The position numbers were made by a program, and so were the translations under genes. A DNA stretch of 64,000 nt from Chrysemys picta bellii. Taxonomy: Eukaryota. The notes under the pieces were generated by a model that was not told the origin of the DNA, ran no database searches, and was given only the letters and a program-made list of their open reading frames with translations. This document shows positions 39,805 through 53,470 of the stretch, piece after piece; position 1 is the first letter of the stretch, and each line of letters opens with the position of its first letter. The DNA lies in assembly GCF_011386835.1 (NCBI RefSeq), contig NC_088811.1, positions 10,974,001-11,038,000 on the forward strand, in the 5' to 3' direction.

Positions 39805-40053
39805 CAGTGTTGCCAAATCTCATGATTATTATCCTTAAAGCTCCAGCTCCTGGGGTCAAGTGGCTATGATGACTTCATCCTTCATTCTTAAAGAAGCTAA
39901 GTTTCTAGCTCTTGTGGCTGTGGGAGACAGCTTCAAAATGTGACCCCAGTGCACTATAAAGGCTCAAAGCAGAATATAAATAAACACCAAATCTATTTTA
40001 CATGATTTTTGGTAAGGCTGCTTAATTTTTTTTAAACTTGGTTGGCAATACTA
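39805..40053. mobile_element. Non-autonomous DNA transposon (CAGTGTTGCCAA family)
   Basis: TIRs CAGTGTTGCCAA / TTGGCAATACT. Paralogous to 21085-21396. Confidence 0.75.
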
Positions 40054-40194
40054 TGAAAATGACTAGACCATGTCACTTTCACTCCTGTTTAAAGTCCATT
40101 TCTAGTCTTATTTGTAGTGAGTAACACCCCCTAGAGCCCCAGGCAGCTGCAGCATAAATGCATTGGGGGGGCTTGCCCTAGTACAGGAGTGGAG

Positions 40195-40510
40195 AAAACT
40201 ACAGCCCACATCTGGCCTGCCAGCCACTTTAATCTGGCCCTCAAGCTCCCACTGAGCAGGGTCTAGGGCTTATCCTGCTCCAGCTGGGGAGCAGGGACGG
40301 GGGTTGCTCCCGGAAGTAACAACATGGCCCCCCTCTGTCTTCCATGTGAAGGGGCAGAATGAAGTGGGGATGACTAGCACTGAGCATGAATAGCTGCATG
40401 TGGGGCGTCTTGCACTTGCACTGCAATTCAAAAGTAGCTGGTGTGCTCTTGTTCTGGAATCCCGCTTGCCACAACCCACCGTAGAGCACAGTGTAAGGCA
40501 CAACTTGTGT
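40195..40510. mobile_element. GC-rich hAT-like MITE fragment
   Basis: cccacatctggcctgccagccactttaatctggccctc start and GC-rich interior, distinct from the AT-rich flanks. Confidence 0.45.
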
Positions 40511-40670
40511 GGGTACTAGTTGCAGACTGGCAGCAAGGGCACAAGATCTACAAGATGCTCACCATTGTAAAGGACTTGCTGTAAGCCAATTCAACTTCAC
40601 AAGTACCTAACTGTCAGGTTGACTGTTGCTATACAAGTTAAATAACATATTTGTTCTCCCTTCTTGTTAG

Positions 40671-40721
40671 GAGCTCCGCTGTGAGGACCAAGTATGCAAA
40701 CAGGTTTACAAGAGAGCTTGA
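40671..40721 (+). CDS. RBP7: RBP7 exon 4 (ELRCEDQVCKQVYKRA*); total CDS 405 nt, 134 aa
   Basis: TTCTCCCTTCTTGTTAG acceptor. TGA at 40719-40721. The four exon lengths sum to a complete CRBP. Confidence 0.96.
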   Translation, partial: ELRCEDQVCKQVYKRA

Positions 40722-40940
40722 CTTAGTCCAGCCTTGACTGACCCTTGAAAAACACATCTGTACAGAGCAGACCTCCATGGAACTTATTTCTTTATGAACA
40801 TGGGTTTCTACCATATCTGTAGGTCAACACTAAGCATCTCTTGATCAGGCATGTCTATTTGTTGTTGTACTTGCTCGGTATGTATTCTCATCAGGAGAAG
40901 ATGTAACTGCTTGCACTAGTGTTGCAGTTCTGCTCTTGTT

Positions 40941-40946
40941 AATAAA
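40941..40946 (+). terminator. Probable RBP7 polyadenylation signal (AATAAA)
   Basis: AATAAA ~220 nt after the RBP7 stop codon. Confidence 0.55.
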
Positions 40947-42416
40947 CACTTGAAAACAATCCTGTCTGACTTGTACTGCTGTCATTTGGGGGTGTGAGAA
41001 AGGGAGACTGTCAGGTAACTCAAGCCCCATCTAACCCTCAGAACTATGCCAGCATCCCCACAGCCCTCTAGAAGAGTCTCCTATGAATTCAAACGGTCAA
41101 GATAATATCAAATCACCAGTTATGATATTGGGAACATCTAATTTCTATGGCCTTATACAACCTGTGGCAGTGCAGAGGGTCCAGATAATAGCTCATGATG
41201 TTGAGGCAGCCATTTCAGTTAGTCTCTAGAAGTACTTGCACTCTTCAAAGGAGGTTGAACAATGACCTGAAAGGAACAAAACTACTTAATTGTATGCAAG
41301 AGTGGTAGACTAAAGTAATCTTCTTTTTGGCTACTCAAACAATATTCTACATAGAATATTGTAGACATCACTAAAGAATTAGTGTCTTGATTAAACTACT
41401 GACATGGAAGGAAGTGGACTAGATTCACTTTTACTTACTAGCTGTCCTTATAGTGATGAAGATCCATGTCTGGATTAGTATACCTTCATACAGGTAACAT
41501 AGGATATCATTCTCTTAAGGTTTTGACTCAACAATAGCCTATTCATGAAGGCTCCCAATTGCACCCTTCCAGTTGAGACAATGAGGAATAGAATCCAAAT
41601 GAACTAACCACTTTTGACTTGCTGTGTTGGTCCCAAGATATCAGAATCTCTTCAGCCAGTAGAATTTGGTTCAATAAATTACTTCATCTACATTCTCATC
41701 AAAAGCAGCAGAGGCTCTTTTATTTAAACAAACTCAGCACATGAGGATTTCCCCCCCCCCCACGCATACCCTTCCCTCAGAGATGACAAACCTCCCCTTT
41801 GACTTGCTCAACAAAAATAAGTGAGCTTGCATCATGTGATAGTGACAGCAGGTGATTTGTCTTTCGGGTATTCTTAGACCTGAATATAGTTTAAATATTA
41901 TAGCTTCAAGTTTTGGCTGTTAGTTTCAATATATCTTACTACTACAACTTGCACTCTTCAGAAACATGTGGCCCTCCTACAACACTGATGCTATAATACT
42001 TAAGCTCCTTTACTCTAGTTTTAATTGCCTATTAAAAATAGGCTTAAGAATGAACTTTCCTCTTCTGACACACTAGACAATTGTGATGTCAAATAACTTA
42101 TTCAGCTAATAAGTCTATGGCAGGACTTGTTGCAGGTAGTGTTAACAGCTATTCAGGACTCTGAAATCTCATTTGAATACTGGAAACAAAAATAGCTGTG
42201 GTAAAGATCAAAGCTTTAGTTAACCTTTAAGGACTGCAGGGTTTCTGCAGCATCCCTAAATGCAAATTTTTAAAAGGAGGATCACAACACTTTCATGTTC
42301 AAATCAATGCACTCAGTCCAATAAAAATTTATAGTACCAGTTTGGTGGTATTCTACTGCAGGAGTAGAATTACCATATTGATTTTTTTATACAGAGAACA
42401 CCATTGCATTGTGTGG

Positions 42417-42453
<37 letters not shown>

Positions 42454-42739
42454 AAAGCTGCAGGTTTTGGCAATTAGGAAGACCAGTGGGGGTATTTGCC
42501 ACCTGGGGAGACATGAGTGGTAGAGTGAGACTGAAAATACAGCACAGATTAGTCAGTTCCTGAAGGGTTGCCCTTACAACCACTAAAGTTAGACATAATT
42601 TTCAAGAACATAAATTCTGCTGCCCTGGGATGGGATGGATTCTATAGCCACAGACTACATGGAGACTTTATCAGGAATAAGTGTTAAGAGTATTAGTTCT
42701 AGTTGACTAATGTAGAAGATCTAAGATTAAAGTAAATAT

Positions 42740-44295
42740 TTGGGCTGTTGATTAATTGCAGTTAACTCACAATTTAAAAATTAATCACTCTGTTAAACAG
42801 TAGAATACCTATTGAATATTTTGGTGGTTTTTCTACTTTCATATATATTGTATTCTAATTGAAATCACTGTACATTTTTATTACAACTATTTGCACTGTA
42901 ACAATGAAACAAAAGAAATAGCAGTTTTGAATTCACCTCATACAATACTGTAGTGCAATCTTTGTTGTGAAAGTGCAACTTACAAATATAGATTTTTTTT
43001 GTCATAACTTCATTCAAAAACAAAACAATGTAAAACTTCAAAGCCTACAAGTCCACTCAGTCCTACTTCTTTTACAGTCAATCACTAAGAGAAACGTTTG
43101 TTTAAATTTACAGGAGATAACGTTATCTTCTACTTATTTACCATGTCACCAAACAGTGAGAACGGGCATTTGCATGGTGGCACTTTTGTAGCTGGCATTG
43201 CAAGGTATTTACATGCCAGATATACTAAACATTGGTATGCCCCTTCATGCTTTGGCCACCATTCCAGAGGACATGCTTCCATGTTGATGATGCTTGTTTA
43301 AAAAAAAAAAAAAAAAAAAAAGTGATGCAATTCTCCCCCAAGAAGTTCAATGTTCCCTGTTGTTTTATCCACAGTCTTCCATATATTTCATGTTATAGCA
43401 GTTTCAGATGATGACCAACACATGTTGTTCATTTTAAGAACACATTCGCTGCAGATTTGACAAAATGCAAAGAAGGTACTAATGTGAGATTTGTAAAGAT
43501 AGCTACAGTGCTCAACCCAGGGTTTAAGAATCTGAAGTGCCTTCCAAAATGTGACAGGGATGAAGTGTGAAACATGCTTTCAGAAGTCTTAAAAGAGCAA
43601 TGCTCCAATGTGGAAATCACAGAACCCGAACCACCAAAAAGAAAATCAACCTTCTCCTGGTGGCATCTGACTCAGATAATGAAAATGAACATGCATCGGT
43701 CCCCGCTGTAATGGATTGTTATCTAGCAGAACCCGTCATCAGCCTGGACGCATGTCCCCTGGAAGGGTGGTTGAAGCATGAAGGGATATCTGGCACGTAA
43801 ATATCTTGTGACGCCAGCTACAATAGTGCCATGAGAATGCCTGTTCTCACTTTCAGGTGACATTTTAAACAAGAAGCAGGCAGCGTTATCTCCTGCAAAT
43901 GTAAACAAACTTGTTTGTCTGAGGGATTGGCTGAACAAGAAGTAGGACTGAGTGGACTTGTAGGCTCTAAAATTTTACACTGCTTTATTTTTGAATGAAT
44001 TTTTTTTTGTACATAATTCTACATTTGTAAGTTCAACTTTCATGATAAAGAGATTGCACTACAATACTTGTATTAAGTGAAGTGAAAAATACTTTATTTT
44101 GGGGTTTTTTACAGTGCAAATACTTGTAATCAAAAATAAATATAAAGTGAGCACTGTACACTTTGTATTCTGTGTTGTAATCAAAATCAATATATTTGAA
44201 AATGTAGAAAACATGTAAAAATGTTTAAATAAATGGTATTCTATTTCATTGCATGATTAATCATCATTAATTGTTTTAATTGCTTGACAGCCCTA
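42740..44295 (+). mobile_element. Non-autonomous hAT transposon, 1.56 kb, with decayed transposase C-terminal remnants
   Basis: TIRs T(T)GGGCTGT / ACAGCCCTA. Exact 8-bp TSD GTAAATAT at 42732-42739 and 44296-44303. ORF 43567..43800 contains YLAEPVISLDACPLEGW, resembling the region next to the hAT dimerisation domain. Internal duplication (43100-43220 vs 43790-43915). Confidence 0.88.
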
Positions 44296-46523
44296 GTAAA
44301 TATTTATAACTAGCTAATGGTGGGTGTACATAATTACAAGTGACAAAGCAACAGCATATATTGCACTGGATTTCTGCTTATATTACTTTATTGACTCAAA
44401 TAGTTAAGACATCCTGTCTGAATCCAGACCTATCTAAAGACCCCAATCATTCTACAAGGGAGCTGATTATTTGATCAGCATGACTAAGAACTCTGAACAA
44501 GGAGCTTTAGACTAAACCAACCTACAGTCCAGGGAGTTAAATTCTATATTTGCAATATAGTTTCTCCATTCTCCAAATGGTGGTACTGGAAAAGGATTTT
44601 TACAATAGGTGAGCCAATCTGATGGCTATTATGAAGAGGGGTCCAATGAACAGCCGAACTGTTTTCAGCTTGCAAAGTAATTGAAAGAGAGAGTTTTCAG
44701 TCTAGAATTGTACTAGACATTTTCTTGCTCCACAGATCTGCTCCTGATGTGTTTTCAGACACATCACGTGTCTTAGCTCACTATATTAACAAAAGACTTT
44801 CTTTTAGTAGCACAGAGACAGAACAGCTACTGCAGAGTAAGCTTGATTGTGTTCTGGCTTATGCATCAACAGAATTGTTAACTAAATCATAAGTGGAGGG
44901 ATAACTTGTTTCCTAGGTTACAGATGGACCAGGAAAAATGGGTTGCAGAGGCAGCACTTAAGACATAATTTAGTTGGTAGAGTTATTACTTATGCTGTCA
45001 CATGAGAAGAAAAGAACTATCACTCTAAGTTGAGTAGGGTAGATAGAAAAAATTGTTTACATATAACATCAGCAAATTTAGGATCTGGCATCCTTGAGAG
45101 AGAACATACATGGTACAAAACCATTTTCTTGGTCACCTTTTCAAATATCTACACTCTGAGTGTGCCAAAGAGTGGTGTGCAAAATTTTTCTTGAAGACTT
45201 TGAGACTTTCCTTTTTACAGTGACAGACAATAAAAGTTTGTTACAGTGAGTATGATGTACTTTGAAACAGACACAATTACATGGAATTGTTTTCCATTGA
45301 GGACGGTCCTTTTCAACTGGCAATCAAAACAAGGAAAAGTGCACTACTATTCAATATGTGGTAAAGACAGCAAAATTAGTCAACTGATGCAGCATAGAGT
45401 AGGAGGAAGTCTGAGATTTTATTGATAGTGCTGGATACATGAGACAAAACTCTCCTTCCCATTTTAGTTAGGTTGATGTGATTAGCTTTAGTGTACATTT
45501 GTTTTCCCTAAAGGATCTGCCTAAACCTCTCTCTCAAGAGGAAAAACCAGTATAATAAAAATCCTGCCATGTAGCTGACAAAACCTGATACATCTTCCTA
45601 TTGCTGAGCTACAATTGCTTTAATTTGATTTTAAAAAGACACTGATTCAAAGTCAAGATAAGTCACCATTACGCTAATTCAGTGTGGGTTAAACTTCAAA
45701 GCAGTGAACTAGCTCTGTCATATCCAGTAAGCAACTCATGAATGGAAATAAGAGGTTGCAAATCACCCTGGATTCCCTACTCCACTAGGTGGCATCTTTG
45801 CAACATGCGGAATCTTCCTCAAAAGGCTTTGGTTTGCATTAGGATTTTTTTTTTTAAAGCAACACAATACTAATAATAAACGGCACAGACTGTGAGCTTC
45901 AAAGTCATTATTATGTAAGAGGATTCTGATATTGCATTCTTGAGAATATTTTTGGTGCACAGACCTCCTCACCCCCATAAAATTCCCAGGTGGCAAAGTA
46001 CTACTATCAGAAAGTTCGTATTGGCAGAATCAGGCCTTGTGCCGTGAAGCACCATTGTTGGGAAGCTGTTACTATTGAATATACCAAAGAGCCCTCATCC
46101 AGGACAGCTAGGGGTGCTCCCATTACTACAGGCTCACTTAGAAATGTTATTTAGCCAGTGTTGCAATTAGATATATGCTGCTGTGCAGAAGCTCAAACTG
46201 GGATACTCATGAGAGGATTAAGAGCTCTCGTGCACATTCTAGACATTAGGAAATTATTGGATAGCAACAAAACCAGAACTGCCTAACCAGATTATACTTT
46301 TTCAGCAACATGCCAGCTGACTGAAGAGCCTTTAGATACAAAATTCAGCAGCTTGAGTCACTATGTGAAAAGAGAAAGGAAATAATTTTACTCTCAAATA
46401 GACTAGGAAAGAGAAACTGTAAATAAATTAGGACATTATAAACTAGTCTACACTGTTCCTGCATGGTTTTTTTTGCAATTTTGTTGAGCTCTAGGAGCCA
46501 AGGACAGGAGAAAAATCTCAAGG

Positions 46524-47520
46524 GAACATAAGAATGACCATATTGGGTCAGACCAATGGTCCATCTAGCCCAATATCCTGTCTCTGACAAAGGACAGTGC
46601 CAGATGTTTCTGACAATTCGAGGGCCACCCAGAACATGGGTTTGCATCCCTATCTTGGCTAACAACCATTGATGGACCTATCCTCCATGAACTTCTCTAA
46701 TTTTCTTTTGAACCTAGTTATATTTTTGGCCTTCACAACATCCCCTGTAAATGAATTCCACAGGTTGATGGTGCGTTGTGTGAAGAAGTACTTTCTTATG
46801 TTAGTTTTAAATCTGCTGCCTATTGATATAATTGGGTGATTCCTGTTCTTATGTTATGTGAAGGGGTAAATAACACTTACTTATTCACTTTCTCCACACA
46901 ATTAATTATTTTATAGACCTCTATCATATCCCCCTTTAGTCATCTCTTTTTTAAGCTGAACAGTCCCAATCTTTTTCATCTCTCCTCATACTGAATTTGT
47001 TCCATGCCCTTAATAATTTTTGTTGCCCTCTCTGTGTCTTTTCTGATTCTAATATTTTTTAAGATGGGGCAACCAGAACTGCACGCACTATTCAAGCTGT
47101 GGGGGTACTATGGGTTTATATAATGGCACGATGATATTTTCTGTTTTATGTATTCCTTTCCTAATGGTTCCTAACATTCTGTTAGCTTTTTTGACTGCCA
47201 CTGGACATTGAGCAAATATTTTCAGAGAACTATCCACAATCTCTTTCTTGAGTTGTAACAGCTAATTTAGAACCCATCATTTTGTATGTATAGGGGAGAT
47301 TATTTTTTCCAATGTGTATTACTTTGCACTTATCAGTACTGAATTTCATCTGCCATTTTGTCACCCAGTTTTGTGAGATCCCTTTGTAACTCTTTGCAGT
47401 CAGCTTTGGATTTAACTATTTTGAGTAATTTTGTAGAGTCTGCAAATTTTGCCACCTCACTGTTCACGCTCTGTTCCAGATAATTTATGAATATGTTGAA
47501 CAGCACAGGTCACAGCACAC
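46524..47520 (-). mobile_element. 5'-truncated CR1 LINE (C-terminal RT region plus 3' UTR), degenerate
   Basis: gaacataagaatgaccatattgggtcagaccaatggtccatctagccc is the reverse of a CR1 3' end. Minus strand near 47500 reads VL*PVLFNIFINYL (GPVLFNIFINDL motif). Confidence 0.9.
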
Positions 47521-48476
47521 AATCTATTTATCTTCTCTCCATTGTGAAAATATTAGAAAAGTCTCTTTTGTAGACACAGTAGATCATTTAGATTTTCTGA
47601 CTGCCATTTTGGTGATGAAATTTTTCTCTTTTTGCAGCAGTCGTTCCAAAATAATTGCAAAGCGGATACAAAATTTTCACAACAGCCCCGAGACAGAGAC
47701 AGCTTCTAAGCCAGTGCCGTATCTGACCACTGTGTGATTTGTGTATGTGGAAATCATATACGGATATGTGAAGATAAGGTCCCCGCCCATCAGAGCTTGC
47801 AATGAAAACAAACCATCTAAAAACAAAGGGACAGTAATTTAACACTTCACTGTGCAGAGGGCTAGGGTTCATAAGCTTTGTAAACCCTTCCTAGGATGAG
47901 GAGGTGCAGAAAGGAAGCAATGTTGAGCATGGCATACAGAACTATAGAAAGTCTTCTTCACTGGACTCAGTTTGCTTCAAGTGATATTAATACAAGCAAA
48001 CCAAAGAAGAACAGGTAACTTTTTTCCCTGCCATTTTTAGGAGTGTTCTTTGGGTTAATTCTTACTGTATGTCTTCAAAAATAGCTATCAGAAGTACAAC
48101 CAGCAATGTTAAATTTGTGCAGAGATGGGATAATCTATTGCCCCTTACTTATTTTCCGATATGCTTTACATACTATTATGTAAAATGTTGCTAACATTGA
48201 GGTGGCTTTACAGACCAGCATACGAACAAACTATCAAGTGAAATCAGGTAAAACAACTAGAGGTCTGACTGCAGTTCTTCAAGAAAACATCTCTAAAAGG
48301 AACATTTGAAAGATTAAGATTTTTCCTGGAGGAAAGATACAAAAGGCAGCATGAAAAACATAATCCAAGGGAGAAAAGGGGATCTAGGATTAAGCAGCAT
48401 CCATGACCAATAACTACATGAAGATGATGATTGGCACAAAGATCCCACAAAAAGGGCAGCAGAAAATACAATAAAT

Positions 48477-48701
48477 CAGGGATTCTCAAACTGGGGGTCA
48501 GGACCCCTCAGGGGGTCCCGAGATTATTACATGGGGAGTCGTGAGCTGTCAACCTCCACCCCAAGCCCTGCTTGCCTTCAGCATGTATAATGGTGTTACA
48601 TATATAAAAAAGTGTGTTTAATTTATTGTGGGGGGGGAGGGTCGCACGCAGAGGCTTGCTGTGTGAAAGGGGTCACCAGTACAAAAGTTTGAGACCCACC
48701 T
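48477..48701. mobile_element. hAT-type MITE, 225 bp
   Basis: TIR-like CAGGGATTCTCAAACT / AGTTTGAGACCCACCT. Exact 8-bp TSD CAATAAAT at 48469-48476 and 48702-48709. Confidence 0.88.
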
Positions 48702-49919
48702 CAATAAATAGATATTCCTTTCTAAACAAAAAAAAGCTGCATAAAGACCAATAAACCAATTCTGAAGGAGATATAATACAACATACTCATTGAGTTACAG
48801 ACCCAACCTTACAACTGTAAGGTTCTCTATTTCAAGGTAACCCCTAGTATTACACCATTGGGCATTAGCATTTGACTTCCACTGGTATCTATGATCCCTT
48901 TTCCTACCATAGTTAGTAATACACTCTTGAACATAACCACTAAGAGCCCTGGATTGCAAAAGCAAGTTCCAACTCTAGAAGGTATGTCAATCTATATAAT
49001 AAAGTTATTAAGATAATAAATGTCACAGATATTATGATGATGTAGTAGCTAATCAGATTATATACAGAAAGACTGGAGACTGAGATCCAGCTATAGCTTT
49101 GCCGTAACGCAGTCCTTGACTGGCTTCCTGAGTTTAGTCTTCAGGTTGTCAGTGGTGGCTCTTTCCTAAAGAAAGCAATTTCCACTGAGAAAAACTTTTC
49201 TTAAACATTCTTAAAATAAGTCAAGTTAGGGAATGATGGAATTGGACTGCAGGTGCAGCATTGGGATGGCATGATATCTGAAAAAAATTCTAGGATTTCT
49301 TTCAATTTTCAGCAACTTTTTATTGTTTTGAAATTTATTTATAGTGTTCATGTAATATGCACTCTTGCTAAATTCTATTTTATGTCCATGTAGCCCAACT
49401 TGCTTTTGTCTCAGGAGGTTCCTGTTGTCCTCCTTTTATAAGCTTCTGTCATCAGTTGACTCAGGCTAGGCTGCTACAAGCAGCTTTCTATTAAGAGCCT
49501 TGGTGACAGTGACTGTGCAACGTGCAGACAATGTCAGCGCAAAGATACAAACTCCCTATCTTCTGTCCTCTTCAAAAAGAGCTGGGTTTCTTTCTTTCTC
49601 TTTTTAAATCCTCTTTTCCACCCAAATAGATTAGGGAAGTAATGATTGATCTTAGCTATAGAGCTGAAAATGAACACACAGTCTCCCAGTGCAGAGACAG
49701 ACCTTGAGTGATTCGTTCTCATTATAATGCATGATTATTCAAATACAAAGCCAGGAAAAATAAAAAAGATTGGGGAAAATGGGGATGTCTTCTATGCTGA
49801 TACTAAAAGCCCCATTAAAGGACTGAATGGAGAGATTAGCTACAAGTAGATGAGAATATGTAAATTTTTATTCTTACACAAGGGAAAAAGATCAGGGACA
49901 GCCACTGAAAGGTCTATTC

Positions 49920-50195
49920 AGGCCAGGTCTACTTACAACTTACTTTGGTTTAACTTAGGTCGCTCAGGGATGTGAATAAGCCATCTCCCTGAGCGACGTA
50001 AGTTACACCGACATAAGCGCCGGTGTGGACAGCGCTATGACACAGCTTCTCTCGCCCATATAGCTACTGCCTTTCACGGAGGTGGATTTATTATGCTCAT
50101 GGGAGAGCTCTCTCCCATTGGCATAGAGCGTCTTCACCAGATGTGCTACAGTGGTGCAGCTGCACTGATGTAGCACTTGTAGTGTAGACTAGCCC
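49920..50195. mobile_element. Harbinger/PIF-like MITE (GTCTAC...GTGTAGAC family)
   Basis: ggccaggtctac start and gtagtgtagactagccc end. Interior homologous to 27720-27974. Confidence 0.75.
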
Positions 50196-50467
50196 ATATT
50201 TAAGAAGGAAAACTGAAAGGGGATTACTAGGAAACAACTCAGGGCCCCTTGACAGATGGGGATTGCTGTTTCCAGCAATATTACAAAGTAGAGGTGGAGA
50301 TGATTGTGTGCATATATATATATTTTACTATATGTTTGTAAAACTTCTCAAATTTAAATACTATATAATTTTAAAATCAATGTGTGCCTATACATATAAC
50401 TCACTGATATGTTAATTTGAAACAAAGGCCACTTATCAGAAAGCTAGAAGTACGTTAATGGTATGGC

Positions 50468-51423
50468 CAGGCCCACCAACAGCAATTTTGGGCCCCAGGG
50501 CAGAACAGTCAATGGGCCCCCATGCATGCACAATCCGTGCCCGCACGGATGCAGTCCACCTGACATTTGGGTGGTGCTGTGCCTGTGCTCTTCTGGCATG
50601 GCCAGGGCTTCCACATGCCTTTCTGGTAGGGTTGCCAACTGTCTAATTGGGCAAATCCAAAGACCCTTGCCCCGCCACTTCCCTGAGACTCTGCCCCTGC
50701 CCCACCCCTTCTCCGAGGCCCCGCTCCCTGCTCACTCCATACTCCCTCCCTCTGTCGCTCACTCTCTTCCACCAGGCTGGGACAGGGGGATGGGGTGCGT
50801 GAGTGGGGGTGGGGTGCAGGCTCTGGGAGGGAGTTTGGGTGCGGGAGGGGGTGAGGGTTTGGGCTCTGGAAGGAAGTTTGGGTGTGGGAGGGAGCTTGGG
50901 TGCAGGAGGGGTTGCGGGCTTGGAGGGAGTTTGGGTGTGGGAGGGGATGAGGAGTCGGGCTCTGAGAGGGAGTTTGGGTGCGGGCTCTAGACTGGAGTGG
51001 GTGCAGGATGGGGTCAGGGGGTGCGGTGCTTACTTCGGGTGGCTCCCAAAAGCGACTGGCACATCCCTCTAGCAGCGGCTCCTAGGTGGGGGGCCCCAGA
51101 GGGTCTCTGCATACCACTGCCTGCAGGCACCGCCTCCACGGTTCCCATTGACCGCAGTTCCTGGTCAATCAGAACTGCGGAGTTGGCGCTTGGGGCGGGG
51201 CAGCGCACGGAGACCCCCTGCCCTCCCCCAGGGGCCATAGGGCCGTTCTGGCTGCTTCTGGGGGCGGTGTGGAGTGAGGGTGGGCAGGAAGCCTACCTTA
51301 GCTCTGCTGCACTGCCGGCGGCAGTGGTGGTGGCTGGTGCCCCCCGGCCCTTTTAAATTGCCCAGGCCCCTGGGCAATTGCCCCCTTTCTTCCCCTCCCC
51401 CCCGCCCCCCGTCAGCGGGCCTG
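50468..51423. mobile_element. GC-rich composite hAT-type element with G-rich internal tandem units
   Basis: TIR-like CAGGCCCACCAAC / GTCAGCGGGCCTG. TSD GGTATGGC / GGTATGCC (7/8). Internal gggagggagtttgggtg repeats and a nested tagggttgccaac end. Confidence 0.75.
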
Positions 51424-51979
51424 GGTATGCCTCTAAAGAAGAATCCCAGACAGAATGGTTAGTGGCCATAGAATGGGGATTATTTTGATTTCATATAAAA
51501 GAGACGCTGCATAGACATGGCAAGACCATGATCCATGCTATTCAATAGAAACTTTGCAGGCATTTCACATAAAGCAGAGGAAAAACCCTCACTAGGGTTT
51601 CAAGTTTATTTTACATTTTTTATGCAATCAAAAACTTATAAATCACAAGACCCTGTTCACATTCTCTTTATGCAGTTGAAATCTGTAAACTCCAAAATAA
51701 GCCATACATAAACAAAGCAGATTTTCGGCCACTCTATCCTGGTTTTTAGACAGTAATCCCTTTTTTCTTTTCTCTCATAAAAGAGACCCAGTCCCATTTA
51801 AGGTTCTGAGCCTAAGTTAGCTCAACTGCACCTGATACCTCAACTGTGGAAACCCCTGCTGGGATTTAACCCCAAGAGACCAATACCATTGTTTGGCTCA
51901 ACATGACCATCTCTTTGGAGCAACTCTAGGGCCTCTAAAGACTGTATCTGCCCCATTACTTTTCTTCAGAAGTTAGAGC

Positions 51980-52130
51980 AAGGGTTCTATTCTGGCTCCA
52001 CTATTAATTCGCTGCATGATTGAGGACAAGTTGCTTCACCTATCTGTGCCTTAGTTTCCCCCCTCTGTACAATGGGGATAATTCACCTACCCAACTGGGG
52101 TGTCATAAGACTTATATAATTAGTTAATAG
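51980..52130 (+). mobile_element. MIR/CORE-SINE remnant
   Basis: ggacaagttgcttcacctatctgtgccttagtttcccc...tgtacaatggggataat. Confidence 0.75.
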
Positions 52131-52959
52131 AAAAACACTGAGATAATGGAACAGAAATTGAGCATTTAATATTTAAGAATATTTAATCCTTTTGTTCACA
52201 CCATAAAGCAGTCTAGATAAGTGGGGGTCCATTTAAATGGCAATAAATGGTTGAAAGACCTTCATACAAACTCTGGAAACCTGACTATGGCATGGGAGTA
52301 ACACTTATTGCTGACGGATTAACCTGAATGCAATTGCTCACTGTTACCATACTCTGAGGTATGAGGGCTTGCTCCCAAGAAGTCAATGGCAAAACTTCCA
52401 TTGATTTTTCCAAGCACTGGACTTGCACCCCACAAGATCTGACCATGCTGAAATCAGACGCATGCCATTAGTTAAACAGATTTGCTTCTAGTGAGGTTGT
52501 AGCATAGTTTTATTGACCCCCATAAGGAATGGGAATTTTTCTGATAAACACAAGGGCTGGAGGGAAAGCCACACAAATGCAGCAAAGCTGCTGCAGACCA
52601 AGGTAAATTTAACATGACACCAGTGATTACTGTCACAGGAAATATGTATTGAGCAACTGACACAGCAGGTCACCCAAAATAGGGAAGGGTGTGAAATGTT
52701 GCCTGGGTTTTGGAAGTTATTGAATGTTTAGAGTCAGGGAACAAGCACTTCAGCTGTTTGGAGAACTTACCTCACCACCTACAAACAATTCCTGTTACAA
52801 TGACAGTAACATTGTTCTGTCACAAGTTAAACAAAAGTCAAAGAGAAACTCTCCCCATCCCTCCCTTAAATAAAAGCTTGAGTCTCTCGTACTTGTTACG
52901 TCAAATTGCAGACATATCAGGAATTCTTCAAACTTCTTTGCTTCTCGTTTCCTTCTTTC

Positions 52960-53470
52960 ACACTTCTTTCTCTTGCTCCTTTCCTTCCTCTCCCCCTTCC
53001 ATCTCCATCCTCCCCACCTCTCTCATCTTCCACCCCACCTCTCCCCCTTCCATCTTCACCACCTCTTCCACCCTACTCCCGCCTTCCGTCTCCATCCTCC
53101 CCAACTCTCCCTCTTCCATCTCCACCCACCCCATCTCTCCCACCCTACTCCTGGCTTCCGACTCCATCCTTCCCACTTCTCACCCCTTCCATCTCCTTCC
53201 CATCTCTCCTACCCCACCTCTCCCCCTTCCATCTCCTTCCTCCCCATCTCTCCCCCTTCCATCTCCTTCCTCCCCATCTCTCCTACCCCACCTCTCCCCC
53301 CTTCCATCTCCTTCCTCCCCACCTTCCCTACCCCACCTCTCCTCCTTCCCTGTCCAACCCCCACCTTTCCCCCCTTTCATCCCATCTCTCCCCTTCTGTC
53401 TCCATCATATCCCATCTCAAACCCCCGCTGTGCCCCTCTCCCCCCGCCCATCTCTCCTCCCCCGCCCTCA
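52960..53470. repeat. Polypyrimidine/polypurine low-complexity minisatellite upstream of UBE4B
   Basis: Almost G-free plus strand. Exact 30-nt unit tcccccttccatctccttcctccccatctc at 53221-53250 and 53251-53280, plus degenerate copies. Confidence 0.9.

Noticed and set aside
50463-51462. Cluster of Gly-rich ORFs
   Set aside because: They lie within a GC-rich hAT-type repeat with tandem G-rich units.
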